Positions 42,436-53,889 of a DNA stretch of 64,000 nt are shown here, one piece after another. This DNA is from Haliotis rufescens (taxonomy: Eukaryota): the NCBI RefSeq assembly GCF_023055435.1, contig NW_025964223.1, positions 49,538,001-49,602,000 of the forward strand, in the 5' to 3' direction. Positions within the stretch are counted from its first letter, which is position 1. Every line of letters begins with the position of its first letter. The notes below the pieces were generated by a model. That model did not search any database and had not been told where the DNA came from. It was given only the letters and a program-made list of their open reading frames with translations. The position numbers and the translations under genes are program-made.

Positions 42436-45400
42436 TTAGATTAGTTTTATGATATCTGTTTTTGTGACATAATTTATGATTGTTTTTTGTATTTGTGGGG
42501 GATTGTGGGGGGATAGGAGTGTGTGGATAGTTTTTGTGTATTTTGCATCTAGTGTGTTGATGTACTGTATTCTGTGTGGTAAGTAGAGTGTGCACGTGTA
42601 GAATAAGTGCTGTATTGTTTGGGGAACTTGACATGTGGGGCAGAGCCCAGTGGAATGGCGAAAGTTTAATTTTGTGATGCCTACATATAGCCTGTTTAGT
42701 GCGGATTGTATATTACGTGAGTTGCTAGAAAGATTTACTTTATTGATTTGTTTATTTATTGTTTTGTATGTCCATGTGGCGGGGGAGGTGTGCAGTTGTT
42801 TGAAGTTTTCTTGGGTTATTAGTTTATTTATGATGGATTTATATTCCTGTTTGCTGTATGTCAGTGGGTAATTAATATGTTTATTTTTTGCTGCTTGTTT
42901 GGCCGCTTGATCTGCCTTTTCGTTTCCCGTGATCCCAATATGTGAGGGTACCCATGCAATATTGATTTGTTTATTCTGTTCTGTTAATGTTTTCGTTAAG
43001 TGTAGTATTCGGTGTAGTAGATGTGGCCTGTTTGTGTAATTTCTGTTTTTAATTGATTGTATTGAGCTAAGTGAATCTGTGAGGATTAGAAGTTTGTTTT
43101 GTGTTATTGTCTCTGCCATTTTGAAGGCCATATAGATTGCTGTTTTTTCGGCGGTATGTATGGATAGGTGGTTTGGGATGCGTGCTGATGTGGTGGTTAT
43201 GTTTGGTTTGGTTGTGTGTATTGCGAAGGCTGTTGTGTGGTCCGTCGGGTTGTGTGACCCGTCTGTGTAGATGTATGTCCAGTCTGGCCAGTGTTGTTGT
43301 ATGTAATCCATTGCCATTATTTTTTGTTGGTGCTTGTTTGATGTTATTTTTGTGATGTTTGTTAGACCAGTGTCAGTATGAGGAGGTGGCAGGTGATATG
43401 AGTAGTCATGAATGACAGGGGTGAGTTTTATGTTTTTAAGTTTGTATGTTTTGAGAAGGTGGTTTAGCCGAATGGTGAATGGGAGTCTTCGTCTTTTTTT
43501 GATTAGTTTGACTTTCTGTCTTAGTGGTAGATTTTCTGTTGTTGTTATGAGGCTGCTTAACAATGGGTTTGTGCATGCTGTAGCCCAGTAGTTTAGTGTG
43601 ATTTGTTTGCGTTTAAGGGGGAGAGCTATTTCCCCAGTGAGCTTTAAGAGAGATGTGAGTGCTGTGCCTGATATTGTACCTAGTGAGATTGATAGTGCTT
43701 TGTATTGTATTGAGTCTAATTTCTTGGAGTCTGTTTGTGTGAGTGCGTCGTATGCGGGTGCGGCGTATTCTAACTTGGGTCGGATGAGTGTTTTGTAGAC
43801 AGTAAGTAGCGTGTGCTGGTCTGCTCCCCAGCTTGTTCCCCGTATGCTGCGCATTAAGTTAAGATCATGGTTGCATTTTGTGATGAGGTGTTTGATATGG
43901 GGTGTGTATGTTAGGTGTTGGTCGAGTATTAGGCCTAGAAATTTTGTTTGTGTGCTGTAGTTGATTTGGGAGTTATTTAGAGTTAAAGGTGGGGAGTAGT
44001 TTTGCATGTTAGGTGTTTTGAAGAGTATGGCTACTGTTTTGTCAGTATTGATTTTAAAACCCCATGTATTTGCCCATGTGTCAATATCATTGAGTTCTTG
44101 TTGGATATGTTCCTGCGCTGTACCTAGTGTTTTGTGTGAAGTCCAAAGTGATGCGTCGTCTGCAAATTTAGCTGGTTTGATTGTTGAGCGGATGTCTGTG
44201 AATATGTCATCGATCATAAGATTGAAAAGTGTTGGAGAAAGGACACTGCCTTGAGGTGTACCGTTTTGGACGGGATGTGGGTCAGAAAGTGTGTTGTTTA
44301 CTTTTACAGTTATGGTACGATTTTTGAGAAAGTTGTGTATGAAGTTTAGCATACGTCCTTTAATATTTTTGTTTGACAATTTAGTGATTAGGCCGTCATT
44401 CCAGATCATGTCAAAGGCTTTTGAGAAATCGATGAATACAGCTAGGAGATAGTGTTTGTTAGCCTGGGCTACTCTGATGTCGTGTTCAATTCGAATGATG
44501 TGATCTAGGGTGGTTCTGTTTGGCGTGAACCCGCTCTGGTCTGCATGTAAGAGATTGTTTGAGTCTATGTGGTGTTGAAGTCTTTTCTTTATTATTGTTT
44601 CCATGATTTTGCACATATTTGATGTGAGTGATATGGGTCTATATGATTCTGGGTTCTGTGGGGGTTTGTTTGGTTTTTTGATTGGGATTACCAGTGCTTG
44701 TTTCCATGTCGTAGGTATTTGAGCGGTATCCCAGACTGCATTGAGGAGTTTCAGTAGAAGAAGTTTTCCGTGCATGCTGAGTTTTTTTAGTAAAATATAA
44801 GTTAAGTCATCTGCTCCTGGAGCAGACGACGTGGTTTTGCTTTGGAGAGCGTGTGTCAGCTCGTGTATTGTTAAGGGTGCGTTGTAGGGTATATGGGCTT
44901 GGGGTGGTTGTGTGATGTAATCAGGTGTAGTGAGTAGTTTCTGTTGGAGTGAAGTGGGGTGGTTTGTGTTACTACTTATATGTTGGTAGTGTTGAGCTAA
45001 TGTTTGCGCTTTTAATTTGTTATCAGTAAGGTTGTCTATTTTGTGGATGTGTGATGATTTTTTGGTACCGTTTATTGCCTTTAGTTTGCTCCACATGGCC
45101 TTTGAATTGTTTTTTGTTGTGTTTAAGGTACTGCAGAATTTTTCCCAGTGTTCTTTTCTCGTGTTTTTTATTAACATGTGTGTACTGTTTCGTAGTTGTT
45201 TTGCGTGTGGGAGTTCATGTGGATGGGTTTTTGCGCGTCTAAATGCTCGTTTTCTTTGTCTTCTAGCCTCTTTGATTTCTGGGGTCCACCAGGGAACTTT
45301 ATTTCGTTGGGGGTTGGGGTTTGTTTTGGGGATACACTTAGTGGCTATAGTGATAATTTCTTTTGTTAATTTTTTGGAAAAGATTTCAGGGTCTGAATCT

Positions 45401-46245
45401 ATAATTTTTAGGTTGTCAATTTGGTAGGTTAAGGTTTTGTATTTCTCCCAGTCTGCTTTTTTGTAGTTAAATTTTGGATCTCGTGAAGTTTGTTCTGATA
45501 TATAACTTGAACCAGTTTTGATATTTATTGAGATTGGGAAGTGATCACTACCCCATGGGTCGTCAAATACTTCCCATGTAGTTTTACTTGCCAGATTTGG
45601 GGTAGTTATTGTCAGATCTATTGCAGTGAGGAAGTTTTGGTTTTCCTGTGGGCTGTATCTGGTAGGGGATTTGTCATTTAAGATAATGAGATCATTTTGT
45701 TCTGCCCATGCGTATAGTAGATTACCAAATTTGTCTGTGTGGTCTCTAGTAGTCCAGCTATGGTGGTGCGCGTTTAAATCTCCTAACAATATAGTATTTT
45801 TTGTGATGTGCTTTGCTAGGATTTCAAGGTCTGTGTTGTCGAAAGGGTTTGTGGTTTGATGGTATATGTTTATCAGTGTTATATTAGTGTTTTCTGTCGA
45901 GATTGTGTACGCTTGTGTTTCTAAGTGAGGAGTGTCAATTGGAACTTTTTGGTAACCAAGTGTGTCGTGTATCAGTAGTGTTAGGCCACCATGTGGAGCG
46001 CTTGGATTTTTTGATGTGCGGTATTTGTTTATTGTGGTGTAATTTGGTATAGTGAATTGTTTGTTCTTTGGTATTTTAGACTCCTGAATGGCTATTATTT
46101 GTGGGTTGAGCTTATTTAGTTTTATTAGTGATTTAATTTCATGGGATTTAGATATGATGCCATTTGCATTCCACTGGATTATGTGCATGGTGAGTAGTAG
46201 CAGTAGGAGTGTGTGTATTTGCGTGTGTTTGTGGTGTCCCATCAT
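42436..46245 (-). CDS. Family A ORF2 (1269 aa)
   Basis: Same as 14124-17933 except I>V near the C-terminus. Confidence 0.97.
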   Translation of the reverse strand: MMGHHKHTQIHTLLLLLLTMHIIQWNANGIISKSHEIKSLIKLNKLNPQIIAIQESKIPKNKQFTIPNYTTINKYRTSKNPSAPHGGLTLLIHDTLGYQKVPIDTPHLETQAYTISTENTNITLINIYHQTTNPFDNTDLEILAKHITKNTILLGDLNAHHHSWTTRDHTDKFGNLLYAWAEQNDLIILNDKSPTRYSPQENQNFLTAIDLTITTPNLASKTTWEVFDDPWGSDHFPISINIKTGSSYISEQTSRDPKFNYKKADWEKYKTLTYQIDNLKIIDSDPEIFSKKLTKEIITIATKCIPKTNPNPQRNKVPWWTPEIKEARRQRKRAFRRAKTHPHELPHAKQLRNSTHMLIKNTRKEHWEKFCSTLNTTKNNSKAMWSKLKAINGTKKSSHIHKIDNLTDNKLKAQTLAQHYQHISSNTNHPTSLQQKLLTTPDYITQPPQAHIPYNAPLTIHELTHALQSKTTSSAPGADDLTYILLKKLSMHGKLLLLKLLNAVWDTAQIPTTWKQALVIPIKKPNKPPQNPESYRPISLTSNMCKIMETIIKKRLQHHIDSNNLLHADQSGFTPNRTTLDHIIRIEHDIRVAQANKHYLLAVFIDFSKAFDMIWNDGLITKLSNKNIKGRMLNFIHNFLKNRTITVKVNNTLSDPHPVQNGTPQGSVLSPTLFNLMIDDIFTDIRSTIKPAKFADDASLWTSHKTLGTAQEHIQQELNDIDTWANTWGFKINTDKTVAILFKTPNMQNYSPPLTLNNSQINYSTQTKFLGLILDQHLTYTPHIKHLITKCNHDLNLMRSIRGTSWGADQHTLLTVYKTLIRPKLEYAAPAYDALTQTDSKKLDSIQYKALSISLGTISGTALTSLLKLTGEIALPLKRKQITLNYWATACTNPLLSSLITTTENLPLRQKVKLIKKRRRLPFTIRLNHLLKTYKLKNIKLTPVIHDYSYHLPPPHTDTGLTNITKITSNKHQQKIMAMDYIQQHWPDWTYIYTDGSHNPTDHTTAFAIHTTKPNITTTSARIPNHLSIHTAEKTAIYMAFKMAETITQNKLLILTDSLSSIQSIKNRNYTNRPHLLHRILHLTKTLTEQNKQINIAWVPSHIGITGNEKADQAAKQAAKNKHINYPLTYSKQEYKSIINKLITQENFKQLHTSPATWTYKTINKQINKVNLSSNSRNIQSALNRLYVGITKLNFRHSTGLCPTCQVPQTIQHLFYTCTLYLPHRIQYINTLDAKYTKTIHTLLSPHNPPQIQKTIINYVTKTDIIKLI

Positions 46246-47960
46246 AGTTTGATTGATTTGACATTGTGTTTAAATTGCACTAGAGGGAGAGTGTATAGTG
46301 AGGTTTGGAGAAGATATTGGTGAATTGTTTCGATTGTGTTGTTGGGAGAGAGGGTTAGTGCAGTGATGAATTCTATGAGATTTTGTTGGATGTTTTGCAG
46401 TTTGATGATTGCATCTTGTGCTGTGTGTACTGGTGGTGTTGTGTCTATTGAACGGAGGTTTGAGTTTGATTTAGGGGGTTTGGGGGCTACGTTTGTAGTG
46501 ACTGGTGGTGGCCCTGGGTTTGGTTGTTCATGGCTGGCTGTGGTAGCTGGAGTCATGGTTTTGCCTTTTTTTTGTGTTTGCCTACGACCCCGTGACGACG
46601 CTAGACTAGCAGAGCGACCTGAGCTTGGTGCTCTTGGCTTGGGCATCCTGGGTTGGCGGCGGGGTGGTGGGTTTGGGGGTGGTGGGAGGTCGTCCTCGTT
46701 GTCATGTGAAGATTCGTAGGATAAAGGTGGGGGGTCAAAATCCCTGTCGTACCAGTTGTATATTTTGGAGTTAGGGTTCCTTGCAGGGGCGGGGAGGTCA
46801 GATGCTGTAAGGTGTTTATTTATTGATAGGATTTGGTTTTGGCGGACTGGGCAGGTGTTTGAAAAGGCGGTATGATCATATTGGTCACAGTTTATACAGT
46901 AGGGTTGTTGATTGCACTCAGTGCTGTTATGGAACTCGGAGCTGCATTTGGAACATCTGTCCAGGTTTTTACAATTTGATTGTGCGTGTCCAAAAAGGTG
47001 GCAGATGGTACATTGGACTGGGTTTTTTCTCGTTTTGTGCACTTTGCAATATATTGATCCAAAAGTAATTTTGTCAGGAAGTTTGGTTCCTTTGAAAGTC
47101 AGGATGATAGTGGAAGTGTTTGTTGGGGGACCTTGTGGGTTTCGTCTGGTGATCCTTAGAAGATTAGTGATTTGAGGCTGGGTTTGGAGTTTATTTGATT
47201 CAATTACGTAAGCTTTGAGGTCGTGGTCAGACTCTGCAGGGTCGGTGTAAATGACCCCTTTTGTTTCAGAAAGCCAACGAGGAGTCTGCCACGACAGATT
47301 GATGCCATCTATTGATGTTTGTTTCATTGCCACATTGAGGTCATATTGTAGGTTAAAGTTTATTTTGAAGGCTCTGCCGCAGCTGTTTATAAATTTGAAT
47401 TTTAGATGGGCTTGCTTTAGTATAAGCCCAAATCTGTTTTTGGTGTACAGTGAAGTGAGTGGGGTGGGACCTGTATTGAATGCTAGAAGTACAAGATGTT
47501 GATTGTTGTTTGAGTTAGGTTGTGTACAACTCTGTCGTTTCTGTATCTTCGACTGCGTTTCAAGATCTTCGGGTGATTGTAGAGGGCGTTTTCCCCCAAT
47601 GGCTGTGGCTGTGGCTAGGTTATTTAGTAGATTAGACTGGGAGCTGCGGGGGGTAGTCATTGAGATGCTGGGCGAAATTGGAGGGGATTTTCCGAAAGTG
47701 GGAGGGATGAGGTTAGTGGGATTACTTAGATCGAGTGGAGGGTACTGGGAACTAGTGGAGATTTTAGCGGGGGTTGAAGTGAGTGAAGGGGAAGGGGAAG
47801 TGGTGAAGGTAGATGATAGTAGCTTACAGTCTTTTCTTGAGGGACGTTTGTCTTTCTGTTTGTCTAGGGTTGAAGTTGATATTGATGCTTGGGGTGTAGA
47901 CAGCGGGCGGTCATGTCGGTTTTCCTGCCGATCGAGTGATAGGGTCCGATTTGCCGCCAT
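46242..47960 (-). CDS. Family A ORF1 (572 aa)
   Basis: Same as 17930-19648. Confidence 0.93.
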   Translation of the reverse strand: MAANRTLSLDRQENRHDRPLSTPQASISTSTLDKQKDKRPSRKDCKLLSSTFTTSPSPSLTSTPAKISTSSQYPPLDLSNPTNLIPPTFGKSPPISPSISMTTPRSSQSNLLNNLATATAIGGKRPLQSPEDLETQSKIQKRQSCTQPNSNNNQHLVLLAFNTGPTPLTSLYTKNRFGLILKQAHLKFKFINSCGRAFKINFNLQYDLNVAMKQTSIDGINLSWQTPRWLSETKGVIYTDPAESDHDLKAYVIESNKLQTQPQITNLLRITRRNPQGPPTNTSTIILTFKGTKLPDKITFGSIYCKVHKTRKNPVQCTICHLFGHAQSNCKNLDRCSKCSSEFHNSTECNQQPYCINCDQYDHTAFSNTCPVRQNQILSINKHLTASDLPAPARNPNSKIYNWYDRDFDPPPLSYESSHDNEDDLPPPPNPPPRRQPRMPKPRAPSSGRSASLASSRGRRQTQKKGKTMTPATTASHEQPNPGPPPVTTNVAPKPPKSNSNLRSIDTTPPVHTAQDAIIKLQNIQQNLIEFITALTLSPNNTIETIHQYLLQTSLYTLPLVQFKHNVKSIKL

Positions 47961-48074
47961 GTTTGAAGTTCGAATGGTTGGCCTCCTTCAGCTTGATTTC
48001 AGCTGAGGCCACCTGGCTGCGAGCGACAGGTCCGAGGGGAGGAGGGTTTCTTAAAGCAAAGCTGATTACTGCTT

Positions 48075-50280
48075 CTTACTTACTTACTTATATTAGGAGA
48101 TTTTACGTGCGCTTTCCGACTGGAGCGTATTTCGCACACGGGCCCGGCCGGGCCATTTAGTGGTATAAAAGTGGTAGCGAGAGGAGTGCAACCAAGGAGG
48201 GGGGTTTAGTGGTTGCTTATATAAAGTTTTGAAATTTTGAGATTTGGAATACATGCCTTGGGGGAGTGGTTGGGACTAAGGGAGTGTGTGGGGGTGAGTT
48301 GATGTTTTTTGGATGTTTAGTGTTGGTGGTTTAGTGAAGTTTTAAATACGGTTAATTAGTTCTGTTTTGGTTAGGTAAATGCCTAGGGCTTTGAAGTTTT
48401 CTATTTTATTTTGGGGGTTAAGGATTGCTTCTAAGGTAAGAGCGTTATTTGGATTTAGGTTGGTTTGTAATGTTGTACGTTGTGTGAGGTAGTGGGTGCA
48501 ATGTAGTAGTACGTGGTCTATTGTTTCTGGGTGAGTGCAGTGTGGGCACTTCCCGTTTGCGTGTTTTTTTAGTTTTAGAAGGTGGTTATTTAGTTTGGTG
48601 TGTCCTGTTTGGAGTTTGGTGATTATTCTATCGATTTTTTTGGAGGGATGGAGGATTTTTGGTTTGGTGAGGGGTTTTTTGAGGGTTTTTAGGATTTGGG
48701 TTTTTGTGTTTTGATAGAGGTTATGCCATTTTTGGGTGATTTTACGTTTGTTTATACTTTTGATTTCTGCTTTAGATATTGGTAGCTTAAGGCTTATGTC
48801 TGGTATTTTTAGGGATTGTTTTGCGGCTCTGTCTGCGTTTTCATTCCCGTAAATTCCTACGTGAGCTGGTATCCAGATAAGTTGTATGTTTTTGCCTGCC
48901 TCTGTTAGTTTGTTTACGCTTTTGAGAATTTGGTTTATTAATTTGGGGCGGTTTTTGGTGTTTTTGTTTTGGAGGGCCTGAAGTCCGCTTAGTGAGTCTG
49001 AGAGTATTAAGATTTTTTTTTGGTTTTTGGTGTGATGGCTGTGGAGCGCCGTGGCGATACCCATGAGCTCTGCGGTGAATATAGATTGGTTGTTTGGGAG
49101 TCGGAAGGATTGAGTATTTTTGACTGGTTGGGCTATATGGACTCCGAAACCTGTGTGATTTGTGATCGGATCAGCGGATCCGTCTGTGTATATGTGACAC
49201 CAATTTGGCCATTTTTGATGGATGTAAGCTAGTGATGTGCTTTTAGCTAGGTTTGGGTCGGTTTGTTTGTTTATTGTGTTGGCTAGGGATGTGTCTATTT
49301 TGGGGATTTTAAGTTTTGGGGTGAATACGTTTGATTGTTTGCAGTTTTGTTGTTGGTTTCCTATTTGGTGTTCGTTATGGTAGTTTATTATTCGTTGGGA
49401 TATTGGGGTGAGTAGAGGGTGTTTTCTAGTAAGTGCCTGGTTTTGGGGACGTATGTTTTGGTTTAGCATGTTTTGGAGAAGGGGGTTTGATTGAGATGCT
49501 GCCCAGAAGTTTAGTGTTAAGTGTTGTCTACGTAAATTTAGTGGCATTTCTCCTGTAAGGGCCTGAAGTGATGTGAGGGAGGTGCCATGTTGAGTACGTG
49601 TTACTAGTTTGAGGGCTTGATATTGTATTGAATCTAGTTTTTTGGTTAGGGTTTCGTTTAGGGTATCGTATATGGCACAGCCGTAGTCTAGTTTAGATCT
49701 GATTAGGGATGTGTAGAGGCTGAGGAGGGTATCTTTAGAGGCTCCCCAGTTGGAGCCGGTTAGGCATCTTAGTGTGTTTAGATCTTTGCTACATCTGGTG
49801 GTTAGGTTTTGGACGTGAGCATCCCAGGAGAGATGCTCGTCGAAGATTAGACCTAGGAATTTAGTTTGCTTTTGAAATATGATTGGTTTATTGTTTAGTT
49901 TGAGGAGAGGGGAGGCCCGTCTCATATTTTTGTGTTTGAATACTATTCCTGTCGTTTTTTCGGAGTTTAGGGAGAAGCCCCATTTGTCTGCCCAGTTTTG
50001 TATTTTGTTTAGGGATTTTTGTAGTAAGTCCTGAGATGTTAAGATACTTTTGGAGCGGATCCATAGGGCTCCGTCATCCGCAAATTTTGAGGTGTTTATT
50101 TTGGGGGATAAGCCATCAAATAGGTCGTTTATCATTATGTTAAAAAGTGTGGGGCTAAGAATGCTGCCTTGAGGGGTGCCGTTTTCCAGGGGACACTGCT
50201 CTGACAAGGCCTGGTCTATACCCACTGTAATTTTGCGGTTTTGGAGGAAGCTTTGGATGTAGTTTACGATTTGACCTTTA
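48075..50280 (-). mobile_element. Truncated B' copy nested in A, second copy
   Basis: Same tail, TSD and truncation point as 19763-21968. Confidence 0.94.
48342..50279 (-). pseudogene. Family B ORF2 3' fragment
   Basis: Same as 20030-21967. Confidence 0.9.
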
Positions 50281-51378
50281 CTGCTTCTTGCTGATCGGTA
50301 AAAAATCACGTCAGCTACGAGAGAAGCACAGAGAGCGAATGACACTTCCCCACAGACAGCCCGGCTGATACTCCGGAGGCGCGGACGTCGGAGGAGACAC
50401 CCTGCTTGTTGTGGCTGATAGCTGCACGCTTACAAGCGCGTGTGCTTTTTCGTGTATTTGTATCCGAATAATCACTTCTTAATCAAGGAAAGTTTCAATT
50501 TCAACAATACAGTTAGGTAGTAAAAACATTTGGCTACATTTCGGTTACAATAGCAACGCTCACGGGTGAAGTTCAAAGCCACACGTGCTGTTTCCAATGA
50601 AGCGACCCAGTCTAAAATGTAGACATCGCTACTTTCAAAAGCACATTTTTAGCCTTGAGACTCAAGTTTATGCATTTTAAACGTTGCCTGTCAATTCTCA
50701 ATATATCTAACTATGAAAGTAAAACACAACACTCATCAGTATTGCCTATGATAAGCTAGAACAAGCTTTCAAACAACGACAATGAAGCACGTTTTTCTGA
50801 CGACTTCGCCATTTTGCAACAGAAAACATTTGACACTATATTTCTGGAGACATAATTTTGGTCACTTCAATTAGAGTTGAAACTAACTTTGTCATAACAA
50901 GTAAGTAACGGGGATTTTACTTTCAGGAAAACAGTCTAGTAAGACGAGGATCTCGGGACACAAGCAGCTAGGGCGCGAAGCCCCGAACAGTAACATATAT
51001 ACATTGGTGTTTAGATCACTCGATCGGTCGTCACAGATTAAGTCTTTTTGCCTGTCTTAATAGCACGATATTAGTAGGGGTCTTCGTCGTTTGGATGTTA
51101 ATTTTACCAGAACAATATAGGCTACCATCCATCAACGAAAAGTGAATGTTTCAGACGAAAGGCCGGATCGAGTGAGCGAGTGTGCCGGGCCTCGTGTTAA
51201 ACAGTGATCACATGTTTTTAGAACGGCTAGATTTTAATCCCTGTAAATATACATCATAAATCAACAAACACAACATGTCTACTGAACCCGCTGAAAACGC
51301 GAGCATGCTGTTTTCATGGCAATGTCTGTTTACCAATGTGTGGTGGCTATATGTAGCTAAAGTTTGCCGACAAGCATT

Positions 51379-51497
51379 GTCTACGGCCATACCACGTTGA
51401 AAACACCGGTTCTCGTCCGATCACCGAAGTTAAGCAACGTCGGGCCCGGAGAGTACTTGGATGGGTGACCGCCTGGGAACACCGGGTGCAGTAGACA
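51379..51497 (+). rRNA. 5S: 5S rRNA
   Basis: Consensus copy, lacking the two substitutions of 23067-23185. Confidence 0.99.
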
Positions 51498-52728
51498 TTT
51501 TTGCTGTGCGATTCCCACTTTTTTTCTTTTTCGACCATAAGGTGCACTTGCCTCATTCACATCTGATGTAATCATACACTTTTATTTCCTTGTAAATGGC
51601 CCCACTCATGCATGTCTGCTCAAAGACATAGCTGCCAGCCATGTATTCTTACATACCTTTACAGAAAGGAATTTTCCACTATACATGTGATCATATTCAG
51701 TTGTCAGTTCACCCAACTCGTCAACTATTCTGAAGGCATGTACGTCCTTTTCGCCACATAAAGGTGTTTGCGTGCACCGATAATTGACTATTTTACTTAC
51801 TTTCTTACTTTCAAAGCATGAATATATAATATATACATGTAAAATTATAATGTTGTTCGTGTTAAGTCTCGGCTCACATCTCTTTGCCTACACAGATAAG
51901 AAAAGGAGAAAGAGTTAGATCGTACAGAGCGCCTGTCAATAGGAGTTCACTGGCTTGCTGCTGGAAAATGTATTTTGAAAGCTGTGAGCAAGCTGATCAC
52001 TGTTGACACGCTTTAAAAATATGAAAAAAAAACGACGCGACTGTGTGATAAACCAGCTATTTTATGTTCCCCGTTCTAGCTGATCGCTGGCAAACGTACT
52101 TTAGACTTATTAGAAAGTATTTCCATACATTTCTCTCGCCATACAACAGGTAGATGTGACATGTTGCAGGTAGGGGGCTAGGCGAAACGCACACGACCAA
52201 GGGCGCACAACTCTTGGCGCTCTATTTGAAAAGTCGTGCACAGGCGAGGCGTGTGTCGGTAAAACACCCCGTGGATGTCTGGCCTTTATCGCCGTTTTAC
52301 ACCTTTGAACACAACGTGCATGTGCAGCTACACACATAGGAAGTCTGCACTCAGGATATTATATATATCAACGACACTAATCGCCTCACTTTCCAACATA
52401 CACCCATTTGGGGGGTTAATAAACAAGCATAACAACAGTCATTAGTGTGAAGACACACTACCCCACCCCCCCATCCCCCCCCCCCCCCCCACACACAATA
52501 AAATCCCTGACATACCTTTATCAACATCACCTATGTGTGTTATGTGCGTGGTGGGTGTTGCTGCCACGTTATCTCTGTTATCACGAGAACCTGCACTTTA
52601 TTACTGCTAATATACATATTTATTGTTTTGTTATCAGTGTTTTCAAGTTTTCTTTTGGGGTATTTGGATGGCCCTGAAAAGGGCCTTTGGACCACAGAAA
52701 TGTGGAGCGAAGGCGTGACAATGAGAGC

Positions 52729-53274
52729 TTAAGCCTTCTTTGGCTTGACTGCCTTCTTCTTGGGGGTCTTGACCTTCTTGGGTTTGGCTGCTGCCTTCTT
52801 GGGCTTGGCTGCAGCCTTCACCTTCTTTGGTGACTTAGCGGCCTTCTTAGCGGCTGTTTTGGGTTTCTTGGCAGCAGCTGGCTTCTTGACTTTCTTGGGG
52901 GATTTGGCAGCCTTCTTTGGTTTGGCAGCTGCCTTAGCCTTCTTGGGTTTTTCGTCTTTCTTTGCCTCGCCAAGACGGAATGATCCAGCGGCTCCAGTTC
53001 CCTTTGATTGCTTCAGTGCGCCGTTCTTGACTCCATTTTTCAAAGCAGTCTTGATGCGAGCATTGATGGCCACCTGGTTGTCACCAACCTTGTAGTTGGC
53101 CAAGATGTATTTCAGAACAGCCTGTCGGGAAGAACCACCCCTCTCCTTCAGGGTTGAAATAGCTTTCTTGATCATCTCCAAATAGGTAGGATGTGCGGCA
53201 GCCTTCTTAGGCTTGGCAGCAGCCTTCTTCTTGGGAGTCTTGACAACAGCGGGGGCAGCAGCAGCATCAGCCAT
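52729..53274 (-). CDS. H1: Linker histone H1, 181-aa variant; promoter replaced by element B
   Basis: Duplicate of 24414-24959. Confidence 0.97.
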   Translation of the reverse strand: MADAAAAPAVVKTPKKKAAAKPKKAAAHPTYLEMIKKAISTLKERGGSSRQAVLKYILANYKVGDNQVAINARIKTALKNGVKNGALKQSKGTGAAGSFRLGEAKKDEKPKKAKAAAKPKKAAKSPKKVKKPAAAKKPKTAAKKAAKSPKKVKAAAKPKKAAAKPKKVKTPKKKAVKPKKA

Positions 53275-53889
53275 AGTGGTAAGTTTGAGTGGTAAAAATT
53301 CACGTCAGCTACGAGAGAAGCACAGAGAGCGAATGACTTACTTACTTACTTATATTAGGGGATTTTACGTGCGCTTTCCGACTGGAGCGTATTTCGCACA
53401 CGGGCCCGGCCGGGCCATTTAGTGATATAAAAGGGGAAGCGAGAAGAGTGCAACCAAGGAGGGGGGTTTAGTGGTTGCTTATATAAAGTTTTGAAATTTT
53501 GAAATTAGGAAGACATGCCTTGGGGGAGGGGTTGGGACTAAGGGAGTGTGTGGGGGTGAGTTGTTGTTTTTAGATGTTTAGTGTTGGTGGTTTAGTGAAG
53601 TTTTTAAATACGGTTAATTAGGTCTGTTTTGGTTAGGTAAATGCCTAGGGCTTTGAAGTTTTCTATTTTATTTTGGGGGTTAAGGATTGCTTCTAAGGTA
53701 AGAGCTTTATTTGGATTTAGGTTGGTTTGTAATGTTGTACGTTGGGTGAGGTAGTGGGTGCAATGTAGTAGTACGTGGTCTATTGTTTCTGGGTGAGTGC
53801 AGTGTGGGCACTTCCCGTTTGCGTGTTTTTTTAGTTTTAGAAGGTGGTTATTTAGTTTGGTGTGTCCTGTTTGGAGTTTGGTGATTATT

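Larger units (their letters stand above)
41922..50296 (-). mobile_element. LINE family A, second copy (with nested B')
   Basis: Identical junctions to 13610-21984 at offset +28312. Confidence 0.95.
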